A program made the translations under genes and the position numbers. The notes under the pieces are model-generated. The model was given only the letters and a program-made list of their open reading frames with translations, was not told the origin of the DNA and did no database searches. A stretch of DNA of 63,046 nt, the filler included, from a bacterium (GTDB lineage Bacteria > UBA9089 > CG2-30-40-21 > SBAY01), in the NCBI GenBank assembly GCA_040757115.1. It is 9 parts of 9 records of this genome, joined end to end, with 100 filler letters (N's around TTAATTAATTAA, not from the genome) between each part and the next. Parts side by side here need not be neighbours in the genome. Positions count along the whole stretch, not along the records: positions 50,143 to 52,246 come from JBFLYA010000399.1; positions 52,347 to 54,435 come from JBFLYA010000400.1; positions 54,536 to 56,612 come from JBFLYA010000401.1; positions 56,713 to 58,789 come from JBFLYA010000402.1; positions 58,890 to 60,933 come from JBFLYA010000403.1; positions 61,034 to 63,046 come from JBFLYA010000404.1; 3 more parts are not named here. One strand, 5' to 3'. Below are positions 51,362-63,046 of this stretch, piece by piece (positions within the stretch are counted from its first letter, which is position 1; each line of letters starts with the position of its first letter).

Positions 51362-52028
51362 TAAAGTGTCAAGTTACCGTGCAAAAGATTTTCTGGATAA
51401 GATATTAATTGTAACTGGTAACCTATTCTTTTGAGACGCCTCGGTCTGCGAAAGAGTAATGCTCGAACTCAGAGAAAGAGACTCAAAGAATCAAAACGAA
51501 AGAATCAATGAGTGTGAACCTGCTGTTTTATAAAAAGTCAGGTTGCCACGTATAACAGAAAGTTACGGTTACCTTTTATATCTATCAAAGAACGAAAGGA
51601 GGAACAAGATTCATTTTCGTAACCTGACATATCTTTAAGGACTTTTATTAAGGTTTTCTCTTTTCTTCAAAGGGGTTAACCACAGAAGTTGTCAATCTAA
51701 CCCCTTTGCTTCTGCTTTAGAGAAAACCCGTGCTTAAGGAGTCTTTACAACCCTTAATTGAAAAAAAATAAAAAAAAGCTTGACACTTTACATAACAGAC
51801 GCAGAGAAGAAAATTAAAATTTATGGACGATACGCTTAATCCCATCCCTGAGGACAGAAACATTAAAATTGATCAACAACCCTGTAAGCGTTCAGGTGGT
51901 GTAACAAAAGGAAATGTGGAGATTAAGGAGATAGGGAGATATTATTAAAAAAAATTGAAATTAGTAGAAACTAATATCTCCTTATCCCCTTTCTTACACT
52001 TTTGATATATAGCCTGAACGGTTACCAG

Positions 52029-52246
52029 TTATCTAATTACCACTATCCTTCCTGTCACCTTCTCATTCCTATCATTGGTGATAAGATAGATATATACCCC
52101 ACTGGCACATGAATTACCTGCTTGATTATTTCCATCCCAGTGAGCTTCATTGGTATCACCCGTTTTCTCATCTACTAATTCACCAGCTAAATTAAATATC
52201 TTCAAGTTCCAGTAAGATGTTAGATTTTTAAAGGTAATATATTTGC
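52029..52246 (-). CDS. 3' end of a secreted protein with FlgD-Ig/T9SS-like C-terminal domain (partial)
   Basis: Manual translation: LKIFNLAGELV..HWDGNNQAGNSCASGVYIYLI..GRIVVIR*; runs into the gap. Confidence 0.8.
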
Positions 52247-52606
52247 NNNNNNNNNNNNNNNNNNNNNNNNNNNNNNNNNNNNNNNNNNNNTTAATTAATT
52301 AANNNNNNNNNNNNNNNNNNNNNNNNNNNNNNNNNNNNNNNNNNNNACAAGATTTTGCCACTACAAATGGATTTTTTAAATATTTAATTTTCTAACTCAC
52401 TGATATTATTGATATTTCATTTTTAAAAATGGCAAAAATTAGACCAAAATGGTCGTTTTAGTATGAAGTTGGGACATGTGGAAATACTATCCATCGCATG
52501 GTTACAAATATCCAGCATTATATTGACTCAGCCGTAGAAGTCTGGATTGGAAATCGGAAATATAATGAAGTCATCTCCACTTCGATAAAAAAAAGAGGTA
52601 TTCAAT

Positions 52607-53679
52607 ATGAAAGTGAGTGAAGTAATTAAAGACCCAATCTATCAACTGAATTTAATGTTATGGCTCCTCCAACCACTTCATGATAATTATCCACTTCGAC
52701 CTATCTTAAAAGAGTTAGGATATGAATTATTTGCTATTGGCCCATCGATGCCACTCTCTCCTGAGTTACGGGAAAGACTTACGAAATTATCTATCTCTTA
52801 TGTGAATGTACCTGAACCAGACCTTTTAATCTCAAGAGATGGAATAACTGATTTGTTATCATAGAATGTAAAACTCAAATGTTCAGCCCTACATCTAAAA
52901 AATCGGTAGAGCAGGCTCATTCTTTACTTCTGCAAAATGGAGAACAATTTAATTTAGCTGTAGGACTAAAGGTAGATGTTTTTCCTAATCTTTATTTAGT
53001 TTATGTTACGACACATTCTGAAACCCATAATCCGGAAGAAGGAATCTCTCAGATTCGAAGTGAGTTAAGTAAAGCTGGTTTTAAGCCAGTAAGGACGGGG
53101 GTTATCGGCATTGATTTTTATCAAGAAAGGGTTTATCTTCGCAATAATTATGGTCAGGGAGAAATTCCTGAGTTATTAAAAAAGAGCATTGGTGAAGGGA
53201 TAATGTTACAGCAGATTTTTCCTGATGATGACTTGTTTCCCCTCTTTTATATCCCATGGGATCCCAATATTTCTCAATCTGATGATATGGCTAATTATTG
53301 CGAACAGACATTTTGTGAACGAATATTAACAGAAATAGTATGTGGAATAGGTCGTATGACTATCCCGGGAATTATTGAATTTGAATATGACTGATTGTTT
53401 AATGCTACTACCTTCAACTTCTATGAACACTGGCAGTCTAAAACTATAAAAAGGGCTTTACGAAATTCTTGCCGTGAACTCTTGACAAAAGCACTTAAAT
53501 CTGCTGAGCTCCATTTTGAAAAATCAACTCTACCACAACCCCAGCATGGTATTGCTTTAAACATAACTAATGAAGAAACAAGAGAAATTATCATTGATTT
53601 ATTGACGAAATTTAAACGAGGGAAATGGATAAAGAGAGAAGAATTATACCAACTTCCTCTTGATGTAGGAGTCGATTAG
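52607..53679 (+). pseudogene. Single hypothetical gene split by a frameshift and an in-frame TGA; possible PD-(D/E)XK fold
   Basis: PDLLI..then ECK in the next frame at about 52864; ORF 53395 starts in frame right after the TGA ending at 53394. Confidence 0.6.
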
Positions 53680-53961
53680 ATAGATGTATAGCATATTTGA
53701 AAAAAAATCGTATCAGATGATAGGGATTTACTAACTAACAAAATCAAATCCTAAACTCGGTATCTGTGGCGAGCATGGTGGAGAACCCAGTTCCGTAGAA
53801 TTCTGCCATTTAGTCAATATGACTTATGTCTCCTGTTCACCATATCGAGTGCCCATTGCCCGCTTAGCCGCCGCACAGGCAAAGATAAAAAATGGATAAG
53901 GCTATTTGATATCTGGTATGAGTTATTTTCGGACACTACCGGAAAAATTAAAAGTTTGTTG

Positions 53962-54201
53962 TCAAGATGGTCTAACCTGTTGAGAGACATTTTGTTTTGT
54001 AATCTCTTTAACTTTCTTTTCCTGTTCATAATATTCTGAAGTCATTTGCATATTCTCAATTTCTCCAAGAGGACTAGCCAAAGCTTTCGCTACCTCGACG
54101 CATTTTTTGCCTTTAATCCCTTTAATATGATAGGTGATGTAACCATCTTCTGTGATTAATATCTCTATATCTTGTTTTTCTGCCATTTTGATTATACCCA
54201 C
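53962..54201 (-). CDS. DUF2997 family protein
   Basis: IEILITEDG..KGIKGKKC..LG..TSEYY. Confidence 0.8.
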   Translation of the reverse strand: MGIIKMAEKQDIEILITEDGYITYHIKGIKGKKCVEVAKALASPLGEIENMQMTSEYYEQEKKVKEITKQNVSQQVRPS

Positions 54202-54535
54202 TTATTTTTTCTCAACCAAAGGTACGTGTTTAGCGTGTTCCAAATTGCGTTGATTTGAGAAGTAACCCTTTGTTAAACAATAGGATACCGGTGCGAAATA
54301 TTCCTCAAAAGGAGTTTAATGCAAATATCAAAATGTCCAAATCAAAAGGACAAAGCAAAATGCAAAAATACTTGTAAGGCAATAAAAAAAATCAAATATT
54401 AAATATTAAAAATCAAAAATAAGAATAAAAGAATTNNNNNNNNNNNNNNNNNNNNNNNNNNNNNNNNNNNNNNNNNNNNTTAATTAATTAANNNNNNNNN
54501 NNNNNNNNNNNNNNNNNNNNNNNNNNNNNNNNNNN

Positions 54536-54828
54536 TAATCACTCGACCAAACTATTTCTCCCATACTATCAGTCATCACCCTTGTTGAACCTAAGTAATC
54601 ATTATGATAATAATATACTTTCTCGGACTGAGCAGGTTTTTTATCTACCCTCGCGACTAATTTATCATTGGCATAGATATAGGAAATAGTCCCTAAAGGC
54701 ACATACAATGGCTTATCTTCTGCCTTGATAATCTCTACATCATCTATATACCACCCTTCATAATCGTTATACCATCCATCTACTGTATCAAAACTAAATC
54801 TTAGTTTCTTTAACTTTTCAAAGAGCAA
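54536..54828 (-). pseudogene. RHS-repeat protein fragment (runs into gap)
   Basis: YYYHNDYLGSTRVMTDSMGEIVW. Confidence 0.75.
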
Positions 54829-54867
54829 TTAAAAGAAAAAAACTTAACTTCCATTCTAAATTCTTTA

Positions 54868-56535
54868 CTAACTTTGGAGTTTGTTAAATTCTTCTTTAGA
54901 TTCTTTGTCTCCTAATTCTGCTGCTCTTTTGAAGAATTCAATGGCTTTAGATCTCATATTTTTTTGTTTGTAAGCATCACCAAGATTATAGAGAATATCA
55001 GGGTGATTTGGATCTAATTTTGCTGCTTTTTCAAATTCAGATATAGCTTCATCTAACATACCCTTTCTTTCATAAGCATCTCCTAAATTGGAATGACACA
55101 AAGCATCATTGGGATATAACTTTACTGCTTGGTGATGTTCATAAATTCCTTTGTCCAACATCCCTTTATTAACATATACGATTCCTAAATTACTATGTGC
55201 ATATCCATCATTTGGATTTATCTCAATTGTCCTCTGATATTCTTTCATAGCTTCATCTAACATTTCTTTTTCAGCATAAACACGTCCAAGATTATAATGG
55301 AGATATTCATCATTAGGGGCAATAGAAATACCTTTTTGATATATTTCAATTGCTTCATCTAACTTCCCTTTCTTGTGATAGAGAAGTCCTAAGTTATTAA
55401 GTGCATTGATATGTTCATTATCAATCTCTATGACTCTTTGATATTCTTCAATACCTTCATCCAACATATCTTTTTTACTATACACAAGCCCACAAAGATA
55501 GTAATATTCTGCATTATTAGGATTTATCCTTAATGCCTTTTGATATTCATTGATAGCATCATCTAACATTCCTTTTTCATCATAAGCATTTCCAAGTCTA
55601 ATAAGAGCATCTTCATTTTTAGGATTAATTTCCAATGCCTTCTTATATTGCTCAATTGCATCATTTAACATTCCTTTATCATGATATGAAACTCCAAGGT
55701 TATAGTACCCCTTGGCATCATTAGGCATTAATTCTATAACTTTCTTCTCCATAGTAATTGCTTCATCATACATCCCTTTATTCCAGTAACAAATCCCTAT
55801 GTTTGTAAGAATTTCTACATTATTTGGATTAATTGATAATGCTCTCTTAAATTTTTCAATAGATTCATCATAGACTCCCTTAGTAATATAAATTTTCCCA
55901 AGTTCATAATAGCTATTTGCATAATTAGGATTAATGTCTATAGCCTTTTGGTATTCCATGATGGCTTCTTCCATTAATCCTTTTTCCTTATAAACCCACC
56001 CAAGACTACAATGAACTAATTCGTTATTAGTGCCCATAGATAATGCTTTTTGATATTTTGATATAGCTTCATCTAACATCCCTTTCTTAGCAAATAAGTA
56101 CCCCAAATTAACATATGCATCCACAAAATGAGGAGACTTTCTTATAATTCTTTGATATTCACAAATAGCCTCATCTATCATTCCTTTATCTGAGTAGGCA
56201 TTTGCAAGGCTATAACGAATATTGTCATCTCTCCAATTAATAGATAATGCCTTCTGATATTCATTAATGGCTTTATCTAACATATCTATTTTTGCATAAC
56301 ACCATCCCAGTCCATAATGAGCTTTATAGTTGTTGGGGTTTAACTTGATAATTTTCTTATATTCCTCAATTGCTTCTTTATACAAACTTTGTTTAATATA
56401 TATCCATCCAAGACTATAATAAGCTCTTGAATTTTTGGGATTAAATTGAATAGCTTTTTTTAATTGACCAATAGATTCTTCTATTCTTTCCTGACGAAGA
56501 AATTCAATCCCTTGAGTAACAGCATGATAACTCAA
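54868..56535 (-). CDS. Multi-TPR protein (about 15 repeats)
   Basis: Repeated NLG..Y..KGMLDEAI.EYQKA..INP. Confidence 0.9.
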   Translation of the reverse strand: MSYHAVTQGIEFLRQERIEESIGQLKKAIQFNPKNSRAYYSLGWIYIKQSLYKEAIEEYKKIIKLNPNNYKAHYGLGWCYAKIDMLDKAINEYQKALSINWRDDNIRYSLANAYSDKGMIDEAICEYQRIIRKSPHFVDAYVNLGYLFAKKGMLDEAISKYQKALSMGTNNELVHCSLGWVYKEKGLMEEAIMEYQKAIDINPNYANSYYELGKIYITKGVYDESIEKFKRALSINPNNVEILTNIGICYWNKGMYDEAITMEKKVIELMPNDAKGYYNLGVSYHDKGMLNDAIEQYKKALEINPKNEDALIRLGNAYDEKGMLDDAINEYQKALRINPNNAEYYYLCGLVYSKKDMLDEGIEEYQRVIEIDNEHINALNNLGLLYHKKGKLDEAIEIYQKGISIAPNDEYLHYNLGRVYAEKEMLDEAMKEYQRTIEINPNDGYAHSNLGIVYVNKGMLDKGIYEHHQAVKLYPNDALCHSNLGDAYERKGMLDEAISEFEKAAKLDPNHPDILYNLGDAYKQKNMRSKAIEFFKRAAELGDKESKEEFNKLQS

Positions 56536-56795
56536 TAGAAAGTTTCTTAACTTTCTAAAAACATAGTGATTTAATATAAATGTTATAATTTTTTTGACTA
56601 TATTTATTATATNNNNNNNNNNNNNNNNNNNNNNNNNNNNNNNNNNNNNNNNNNNNTTAATTAATTAANNNNNNNNNNNNNNNNNNNNNNNNNNNNNNNN
56701 NNNNNNNNNNNNTTATAATTTCCCATTTGGTAGCCCTCCTTTTTTTATTGTTGCTACCATTTATATCGGCAAAATTAACGCTTTTCTTTAACTTC

Positions 56796-58653
56796 TTATC
56801 CCATCATTATTGATAATTCCCAACCGCACAGGTCGCAAATTTTTTCTATTTTATAGTTATTGACTCTGTAAAATCTATGATTGGAATATAAACCTGTATC
56901 TATCATGTTAACATTAATGTTGTTACCCTTGAAATTATCTTTATAAAATGATTCTACCATTGCAACTCGTCTTACATCCTTTGGAACTTGTAAATGATAA
57001 TAATCTATTTTAGGCATTTTTGTTTCGTAACTAATAGTATCTAATACGAAAAGAGGTTTTTGTATTGAAATTCTTTCTATTAAATTGGTGCATATAGGAG
57101 AAACTATATCTTCTTTTAAAGTATGATAATAATACTCCGTAACTTTAATGAAATTTATTTGCTCTCGTTTTGCATTAATATTAAAGAAATTGTTGAAATG
57201 CTCCAATGGACAACTAAACGACAAACCGACTTCAGATTCAGCTTCAATAGTAAATCCCTCACATAAAAATTTATCTTTCACTTTTAAGATATTATCATAT
57301 TTTGGGATAAAATCACCAAATGTAAATCTATTCAGTTTTTCTAAGTTAGAATAAACTGATATACTTTAAAAGTTCACAAACTGTGATTTTTTAAAAGTCT
57401 GAAAATTTAGAGTTAGCAACGCATCAAGTTCGTGTTTATAAATTGAATCTATTTTATGTAAACAGTCAATAATAGCCTTTTTAAAGATAGAAAATTCAGG
57501 ATAATATTTTGAGTATAAACATTGTTTTTTTACAAATTTCCAAAGTCGCTCAATAAGATTAAGATTAGGCGAATAAGCGGGAAGGAAAATCAGTTCAATA
57601 TTGAGCGAATCAGCCAGTTCTTTGACAATCTTACATCTTTGATAACGAGCATTATCTAATATCAGACTAATGGGTATACCTAAATTTAGTCGGGCTATTT
57701 TCCAGAGTAGATCACATACACTTTGAGCGTTAATATAACTCTCATTAGTTACTGTAATGAGTTGATGGGTTATAGCATTCAAAGCACCTAAAACATTAAA
57801 TCTTTTTCTCCCCACAGGAGCCTTGATAAATAGTCGTGTCCAGCACCAGAGATAGCCTAAAAAGGGGGCGAAGACAAAATGAGCTGCATCTAAAAAGAAT
57901 AGGGCTCTTTTACCCTCTTTTGCTTCTTCTAAACGGGGCTCTAAAGTTTTTTTTTAAAGCCTTCTTGTTCCTGAATGTCGGCTTTACATGGCACCATACC
58001 TACTTTGCGACGCTTTAATCCTGCACGCTTAAGAAATACCCCTATTCGCACTTCACTGCGCTTTATCCCCGTCCGTTTATTTATTACTTCCATCGCCTCT
58101 TTAATCGTCGCTGGTGGGTGTTCTCTAAAATATGCTTCTATTGTTGATATATGCTGGTCTAATAAACTTTCTGGTCTGTAAAAGTTAATCTCTTTTAATT
58201 TTTCAAGCCCCCCTTTTTTGTATAGTTTAATATATTCGGTGACCACATTTACTGATACACCTGTTAATTGGGCTATCTTTTTATGCGACACACCTTGACT
58301 CTTTAACCATAAGGCTTCCATCTTGCGTTGCACCCTGGGATGTGGATGATGATATCGTTCATAATTCAAGGCTTTTATCTCATCTTCCGTAAACTCTATG
58401 TTTATCATAATTTTCCCCTCCCTTTTTGGTAGATAAGTTTAGTCTACGGAGTTTTATTTTACTACCTTTTAATTCTGATGTCAACATTTTTCAAAACAAT
58501 AATTGTTGACACTTTTTAACACTTATGGTAATATATCTTAAAACCCTATATCACCGGGCTATCGAGTCCCTATTAAAAAATCTTAATTTGTGCCGTTGGT
58601 GAGTATAAATTACCCTCAGATACTAAAGTTATTGTAAAAACCACTCTATCCAT
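56796..58653 (-). pseudogene. S8 (subtilase)-like protease gene interrupted by IS630
   Basis: VNMIDTG catalytic-Asp motif; removing the IS and one TA restores an in-frame MDRVVFTITLVSEGNL-SVYSNLEK.. N-terminus. Confidence 0.7.
57362..58605 (-). mobile_element. IS630-family insertion sequence with TA duplication
   Basis: TA at 57360-61 and 58606-07; HTH ORF 57941-58408 and DDE ORF (LDNARYQ, LPAYSPNLNLIERLW) joined by an A9 slippery site near 57950. Confidence 0.92.
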
Positions 58654-58986
58654 AATACTTAACTAAACTTTTGCGTTTTTTTATAACAAATTGACAATTA
58701 AAGTATTAAGTATTATCTATTTCCTCCCGATATTAATTATAAAAGGGAGGAGAAATAGATATGATGATAGTTACTATTCCAGATATTTTNNNNNNNNNNN
58801 NNNNNNNNNNNNNNNNNNNNNNNNNNNNNNNNNTTAATTAATTAANNNNNNNNNNNNNNNNNNNNNNNNNNNNNNNNNNNNNNNNNNNNGAGTTTTAGTT
58901 TTTCGTAAACTTCCTTATCTTTTTCTGATAGTTGGAGATTTTTTATATGTTTTTTGACAAATTTTTTATATTTTTTATGTAAGCGA

Positions 58987-59111
58987 AGGGCTGGCAACAT
59001 AAAAATACACCTCCCATGTTTTTTAATTTTGTTTAGATGTTAAGAAATAGTATACAAATAAGCAAAACAAAAAAATGAGAGAAAGTCAAGAAAAAAAATG
59101 TTGCCAGCCCT
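58987..59111. repeat. MITE-like unit with 14-bp perfect inverted ends
   Basis: AGGGCTGGCAACAT ... ATGTTGCCAGCCCT. Confidence 0.6.
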
Positions 59112-59502
59112 GGAATAAATCAGAAATTGGTGATGTTGTGATGGTAAAAATTGGGGGGAAGATAAAAAACGGTTGGTTTTAAACCTCAGTCAAATCCGAG
59201 CTCCGGAGATGTTGAGAGAGATCAGGTAAGCAAGGGGGGTAAACATAATATCTTTATTAGCTATACCTGAACGGTTACATAATCCCTCAATCAAACCAGC
59301 CTCCTAACCTTAACCATTTTACCAAAAACCTCTAAATATATCCCCTTATCTCCTTTATCTCCATATCTCCTTTTTTTACACAGGTCTAAAGTTAACTGCA
59401 CAGGTGGAAACTTTGGGTTTACATATTACTTAAAAATTGGGAAGTTACGGGTTAAAATGGAAATTTATTGCTGGAACTTCAGTTTAAAATGTGAAACTTG
59501 GG

Positions 59503-59850
59503 TTAGTTACCTGTAACATCACTATCTTTTGACTCAAAACATAGGATGAGTGTTCGAACATTTGATCGAGTCCTATGTCGAATATTCTTAGGAATAGTGA
59601 TCATTTGCCGTGGATTTATTACCTCAGTATGGTCTTCCAGATCTACAAAAAGACTTCCTTCAATTACATAGAAACACTCATCACTATTTTTGTGAATATG
59701 CCAATGGAAATCTCGCTGTAAAACGCTTAATCTCACCACATGATCGTTTACTTCACTTATAATGAAGTTTTTCCAATCATCGTAAATATTTTCAGTTAAC
59801 TCTGTTACATCCATTTTTGCAAGATGTCCGATATTCGAATTCATAGGCAC
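59503..59850 (-). CDS. Cupin domain protein
   Basis: FHWHIHKNSDECFYVIEG, IPKNIRHRT. Confidence 0.92.
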   Translation of the reverse strand: MPMNSNIGHLAKMDVTELTENIYDDWKNFIISEVNDHVVRLSVLQRDFHWHIHKNSDECFYVIEGSLFVDLEDHTEVINPRQMITIPKNIRHRTRSNVRTLILCFESKDSDVTGN

Positions 59851-59869
59851 ACCTCCCTTCTCTAAATTG

Positions 59870-60793
59870 AACGCTCTCGGATAAAATTGAGCGTTGATTT
59901 TATTAGCCTTTCCATCTATCTATTTTTTCTCCCTCCCACTATTTTTGTGCGAAATTCTCTTTTTATCCTCCAAAATTTAATTAACTCCCAGTGTTTACCG
60001 ATATAATTATAAGTAAGTATATATATATATTTAATTACTTACAATATATCAAATAAAAACCGGGAGGGTGGTAACCTTGTTACCTAAATCTAATAACTCA
60101 TTAATCTTAACCCAATCTTTGCTTAAAAGAAAACAACCCCGAAAAATACAACTCTCTATCTATCGTATCAAAAAGAAAATTGCACAATTATAGTGTTCTA
60201 AGTGTTCTAAGTGTTCAGATTCAACTCTTTCAACTCACTCTCCCTACTCTTCTAACTCTTTCAACTCTCCCAATTCTTTTAACTTTCTTTATGAACTACC
60301 TTACTCAGAAAGACTCATCCTCTGTCCAAATGCCTATCTATGTTCTAATAGTGAATATGGAAGAACTGCCTATATTCATCCTCACTGGGATTATAGACTC
60401 TTTACTAAAATCCCTCGTTCTTCTGACCTATGGAAAAAAAGATGAAAAGACGCACCTCTTCAGAACGATGTAATAAACGGATGAAAGTTGATTACCACCT
60501 CGAAGATGCCAGAGTCCGTTCACGAAAACACTGGTTTGTTAGAACAGCTCTTGTGGCTATGTGTCAACATATAGATGCCTGGTATAGCGAATGGGAAAAA
60601 ATTACTTAATCTCTTTTACTTCCCTGGTTTGAATTCACTCACCTCCATAGGGATAACTGTGTCCTTTTTTTGTTTTCTCTATGTTTTAACCTCTATTTTT
60701 TACCTGATCTTATATTTTCAAAGAACAACCTTTTGTTTCTTGATAAAAATCTCCTTAAAATTAACCCCAATCCCTATTTATCCGAGAGGCTTC
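59870..60793 (+). mobile_element. Decayed DDE insertion sequence (IS4-like superfamily) with intact TIRs
   Basis: GAACGCTCTCGGATAAA ... TTTATCCGAGAGGCTTC; frameshifted C-terminal remnant RTSSERCNKRMKVDYHLEDARVRSRKHW. Confidence 0.7.
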
Positions 60794-61040
60794 TAAATTA
60801 ACCCAAGTTCATGCCTTTAAAAAATTGAATTATGGCACTACATCTTTCATTCATAAATATATAATTCTATCTGTGTTGATTAGATTGGTAAGTTTTCTTA
60901 CGAACATGAAGTATATCAGAATATTACCTAATANNNNNNNNNNNNNNNNNNNNNNNNNNNNNNNNNNNNNNNNNNNNTTAATTAATTAANNNNNNNNNNN
61001 NNNNNNNNNNNNNNNNNNNNNNNNNNNNNNNNNTGTTAAT

Positions 61041-62675
61041 ATGGTTTTTTCGGCAACCTTAAAGATAGGTATGCAGGATGAACCTAAACAACTAAACCCA
61101 TTTAAGGCATCTGATGTCTGGAGTTGGAATGTGCTTGGTTTCTTCTATGAAGGGCTATATACCCACAATCCCCAGACATTTGAGATTATCCCTTGGTTAG
61201 CCGAAGGAGAACCTGTTTATAACCATAAAAATAATACCTGTGTCGTGCATCTTAAAAAAGGTGTCAAATGGGAGGATGGTCAACCATTTACCGCTGAAGA
61301 TGTAGCGTTTTCGGCTAATGTCCTGATGGAATTCAAAATCCCACGATATTATTCAGATTGGGATTTTATAACAAAAGTAGAGGCAGTGGATAACTACACG
61401 GTTAAATTCTGGTTAAAAGAGCCTTATGCCATTTTCTTTACCCGCACATTGATGTCACTCATCGTTCCAAAACATATCTGGCAACCAATTATTGAAGAGA
61501 TTAAAAAGACAAAAGACCCATTAACCAGCCTGATGGAATATGAGGTAACGAAACCTATTGGGATGGGGACATTTAAGTTTGTAGACTGGAAGAAAGGTTC
61601 TTATGTTCAATTGGTAAAAAATCCACTTTATTTTGCCACAGGCAGAACAGTAAAAGGTAAAAAGGTAGGTCCTTATTTTGACGAGATACTTTTTAAGATT
61701 TATGGCACCACCGATGCGGCGATATTAGCCCTGAAAAAAGGTGATATTGATTTTATCTGGTGGCCTATCCAGCCTGGTTTTGTTTCAGATTTGCAAAAAG
61801 ACAAAAAAATTACTTTGACTAATAACCCTGAAAATGGCTTAAAATACTTAGCCTTTAATCTTCGCCGTCCACCTTTTAATGATATTAATTTTCGTCAGGC
61901 AGTGGCTTATTTAATCGATAAAAAATTTATTCAATCACGCATCCTTCAAAATTATGGGCTGCCCAATGATACGATTATGCCGCCTGGAAATAAATTCTGG
62001 TATAATCCCAATACACTTAAATATGGTGCGAATCTGAACCAACCAATGCGAATTAAAAAGGCAATCGCTATTTTAAAGAAAGCAGGTTATTCCTGGAAAA
62101 AAGAACCAAAAGTGAACGCTAATGGACAAATTACAAAAGGAGAGGGATTAAAAATGCCTGATGGCACACCCGTCAAACCTTTTAAAATTCTTACCCCGCC
62201 AGCAGATTATGACCCACTCCGGGCAATGTGTGGCACGCTCATTCAAGAGTGGTTGAGACAGATAGCTATTCCCGCTATTGCAACACCTACTTCCTTTGGA
62301 GATATAATTAATAAAGTAATGACCGAATGGGATTTTGATGTGTTTATACTTGGCTATAGGTTATCTCTTGACCCGGATTTTATGCGGTCTTTCTTCCATT
62401 CAAAAGAAGTTGTTAAAGATGGAAATAATCCGATGGGTTATATTAATCCTGAATTCGATAGATTAGCGGATGCTTCTGCTAAAGAAATGGTGCGGGAAAA
62501 AAGAAGAGAGTATATCCTGGAACTACAGGATTTCATCATCCGCGAAGTTCCCTGGGTGCCTCTTTATACCCTTATGCAGATAGAGGCATACCGTAATGAT
62601 AGATTTAGAGGTTGGGTAAATCAACTGGATGGAATTGGGAATGGCTGGTCATTCGTATTTATTAAACCGATGTAA
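61041..62675 (+). CDS. ABC peptide-type substrate-binding protein (5' end probably in gap)
   Basis: LNPF, GVKWEDGQPFTAEDVAFS, IGMGTFK, FRQAVAYLID. Confidence 0.92.
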   Translation: MVFSATLKIGMQDEPKQLNPFKASDVWSWNVLGFFYEGLYTHNPQTFEIIPWLAEGEPVYNHKNNTCVVHLKKGVKWEDGQPFTAEDVAFSANVLMEFKIPRYYSDWDFITKVEAVDNYTVKFWLKEPYAIFFTRTLMSLIVPKHIWQPIIEEIKKTKDPLTSLMEYEVTKPIGMGTFKFVDWKKGSYVQLVKNPLYFATGRTVKGKKVGPYFDEILFKIYGTTDAAILALKKGDIDFIWWPIQPGFVSDLQKDKKITLTNNPENGLKYLAFNLRRPPFNDINFRQAVAYLIDKKFIQSRILQNYGLPNDTIMPPGNKFWYNPNTLKYGANLNQPMRIKKAIAILKKAGYSWKKEPKVNANGQITKGEGLKMPDGTPVKPFKILTPPADYDPLRAMCGTLIQEWLRQIAIPAIATPTSFGDIINKVMTEWDFDVFILGYRLSLDPDFMRSFFHSKEVVKDGNNPMGYINPEFDRLADASAKEMVREKRREYILELQDFIIREVPWVPLYTLMQIEAYRNDRFRGWVNQLDGIGNGWSFVFIKPM

Positions 62676-63046
62676 TTGGTAACTATTCACCACGAAGGGC
62701 ACGGAGAGCACGAAGTGAAATTTGATGAATTATCGAATAGAGTCATTGGATGCGCGTAACTATTCACCACGAAGAACACGAAGAAAATTAGATGGTCTCT
62801 GAAATTAACCACAAAGTACACAAAGAATACACAAAGAAATAAAGGGAAAAATTTATTCTCTCAAAAATCTTTGACTCTTTTGTGAAACTCTTTGTGATCT
62901 TTGTGGTTAAAAGAATTGTAGTTATTGTCAGACACTACCGGAAAAAACGGTGGTGTCTTAATCTAGCATAAAGGTTAAAATAGTGTATAGGGTTCTGCAA
63001 AATAGGATTTGAGGGAGACAACAAATAAATATCAAATATCAAATAT

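Noticed and set aside
51360-51800. Possible ncRNA or IS remnant downstream of squalene synthase
   Set aside because: No recognisable motif or ORF that I could support.
54536-58789. RHS-TPR-protease cluster as one toxin locus
   Set aside because: The pieces span a contig linker, so adjacency is unproven.
1-63046. tRNA or rRNA genes
   Set aside because: No cloverleaf or rRNA-like sequence noticed; a tRNAscan/Infernal run would be needed to exclude them.

Overview
AT-rich DNA from a probably diderm bacterium (LptF/G, SPOR and lipoprotein genes); I cannot assign the taxon. The window is a pseudo-scaffold of nine contigs joined by N-runs containing an artificial TTAATTAATTAA linker, so adjacency across gaps is meaningless. 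Contig 1 (1-24086) carries surface/glycosylation genes, an AddA/UvrD-like helicase-nuclease, tmk and a compound integron. The integron has a decayed intI 5' relic with its own promoter/attI block and cassettes (about 9990-13500), then an intact intI, a second attI and at least ten further cassettes. These include TA pairs, an MNT-HEPN fusion, a Cas2/VapD-like pair, a TPR + SPFH-like pair bracketed by inverted repeats, and repeated ORF-less cassettes. The large middle contig holds housekeeping genes (Lrp, aminotransferases, folC, gltX, ispF, ispD, archease, ABC binding protein). A cyclase-NACHT-WD40 NLR-like gene and an intact GxxExxY element sit between ispD and ispF. The most striking feature is a dense population of small nested elements. 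Several terminal-inverted-repeat shells, some with 7-8 bp target duplications, enclose 7-9 bp tandem repeats that flip orientation mid-element. They carry intact, internally deleted or absent GxxExxY or four-helix-bundle genes. The same cargo occurs as integron cassettes and at the stop codons of housekeeping genes. All calls come from reading the sequence by eye; no searches were run.
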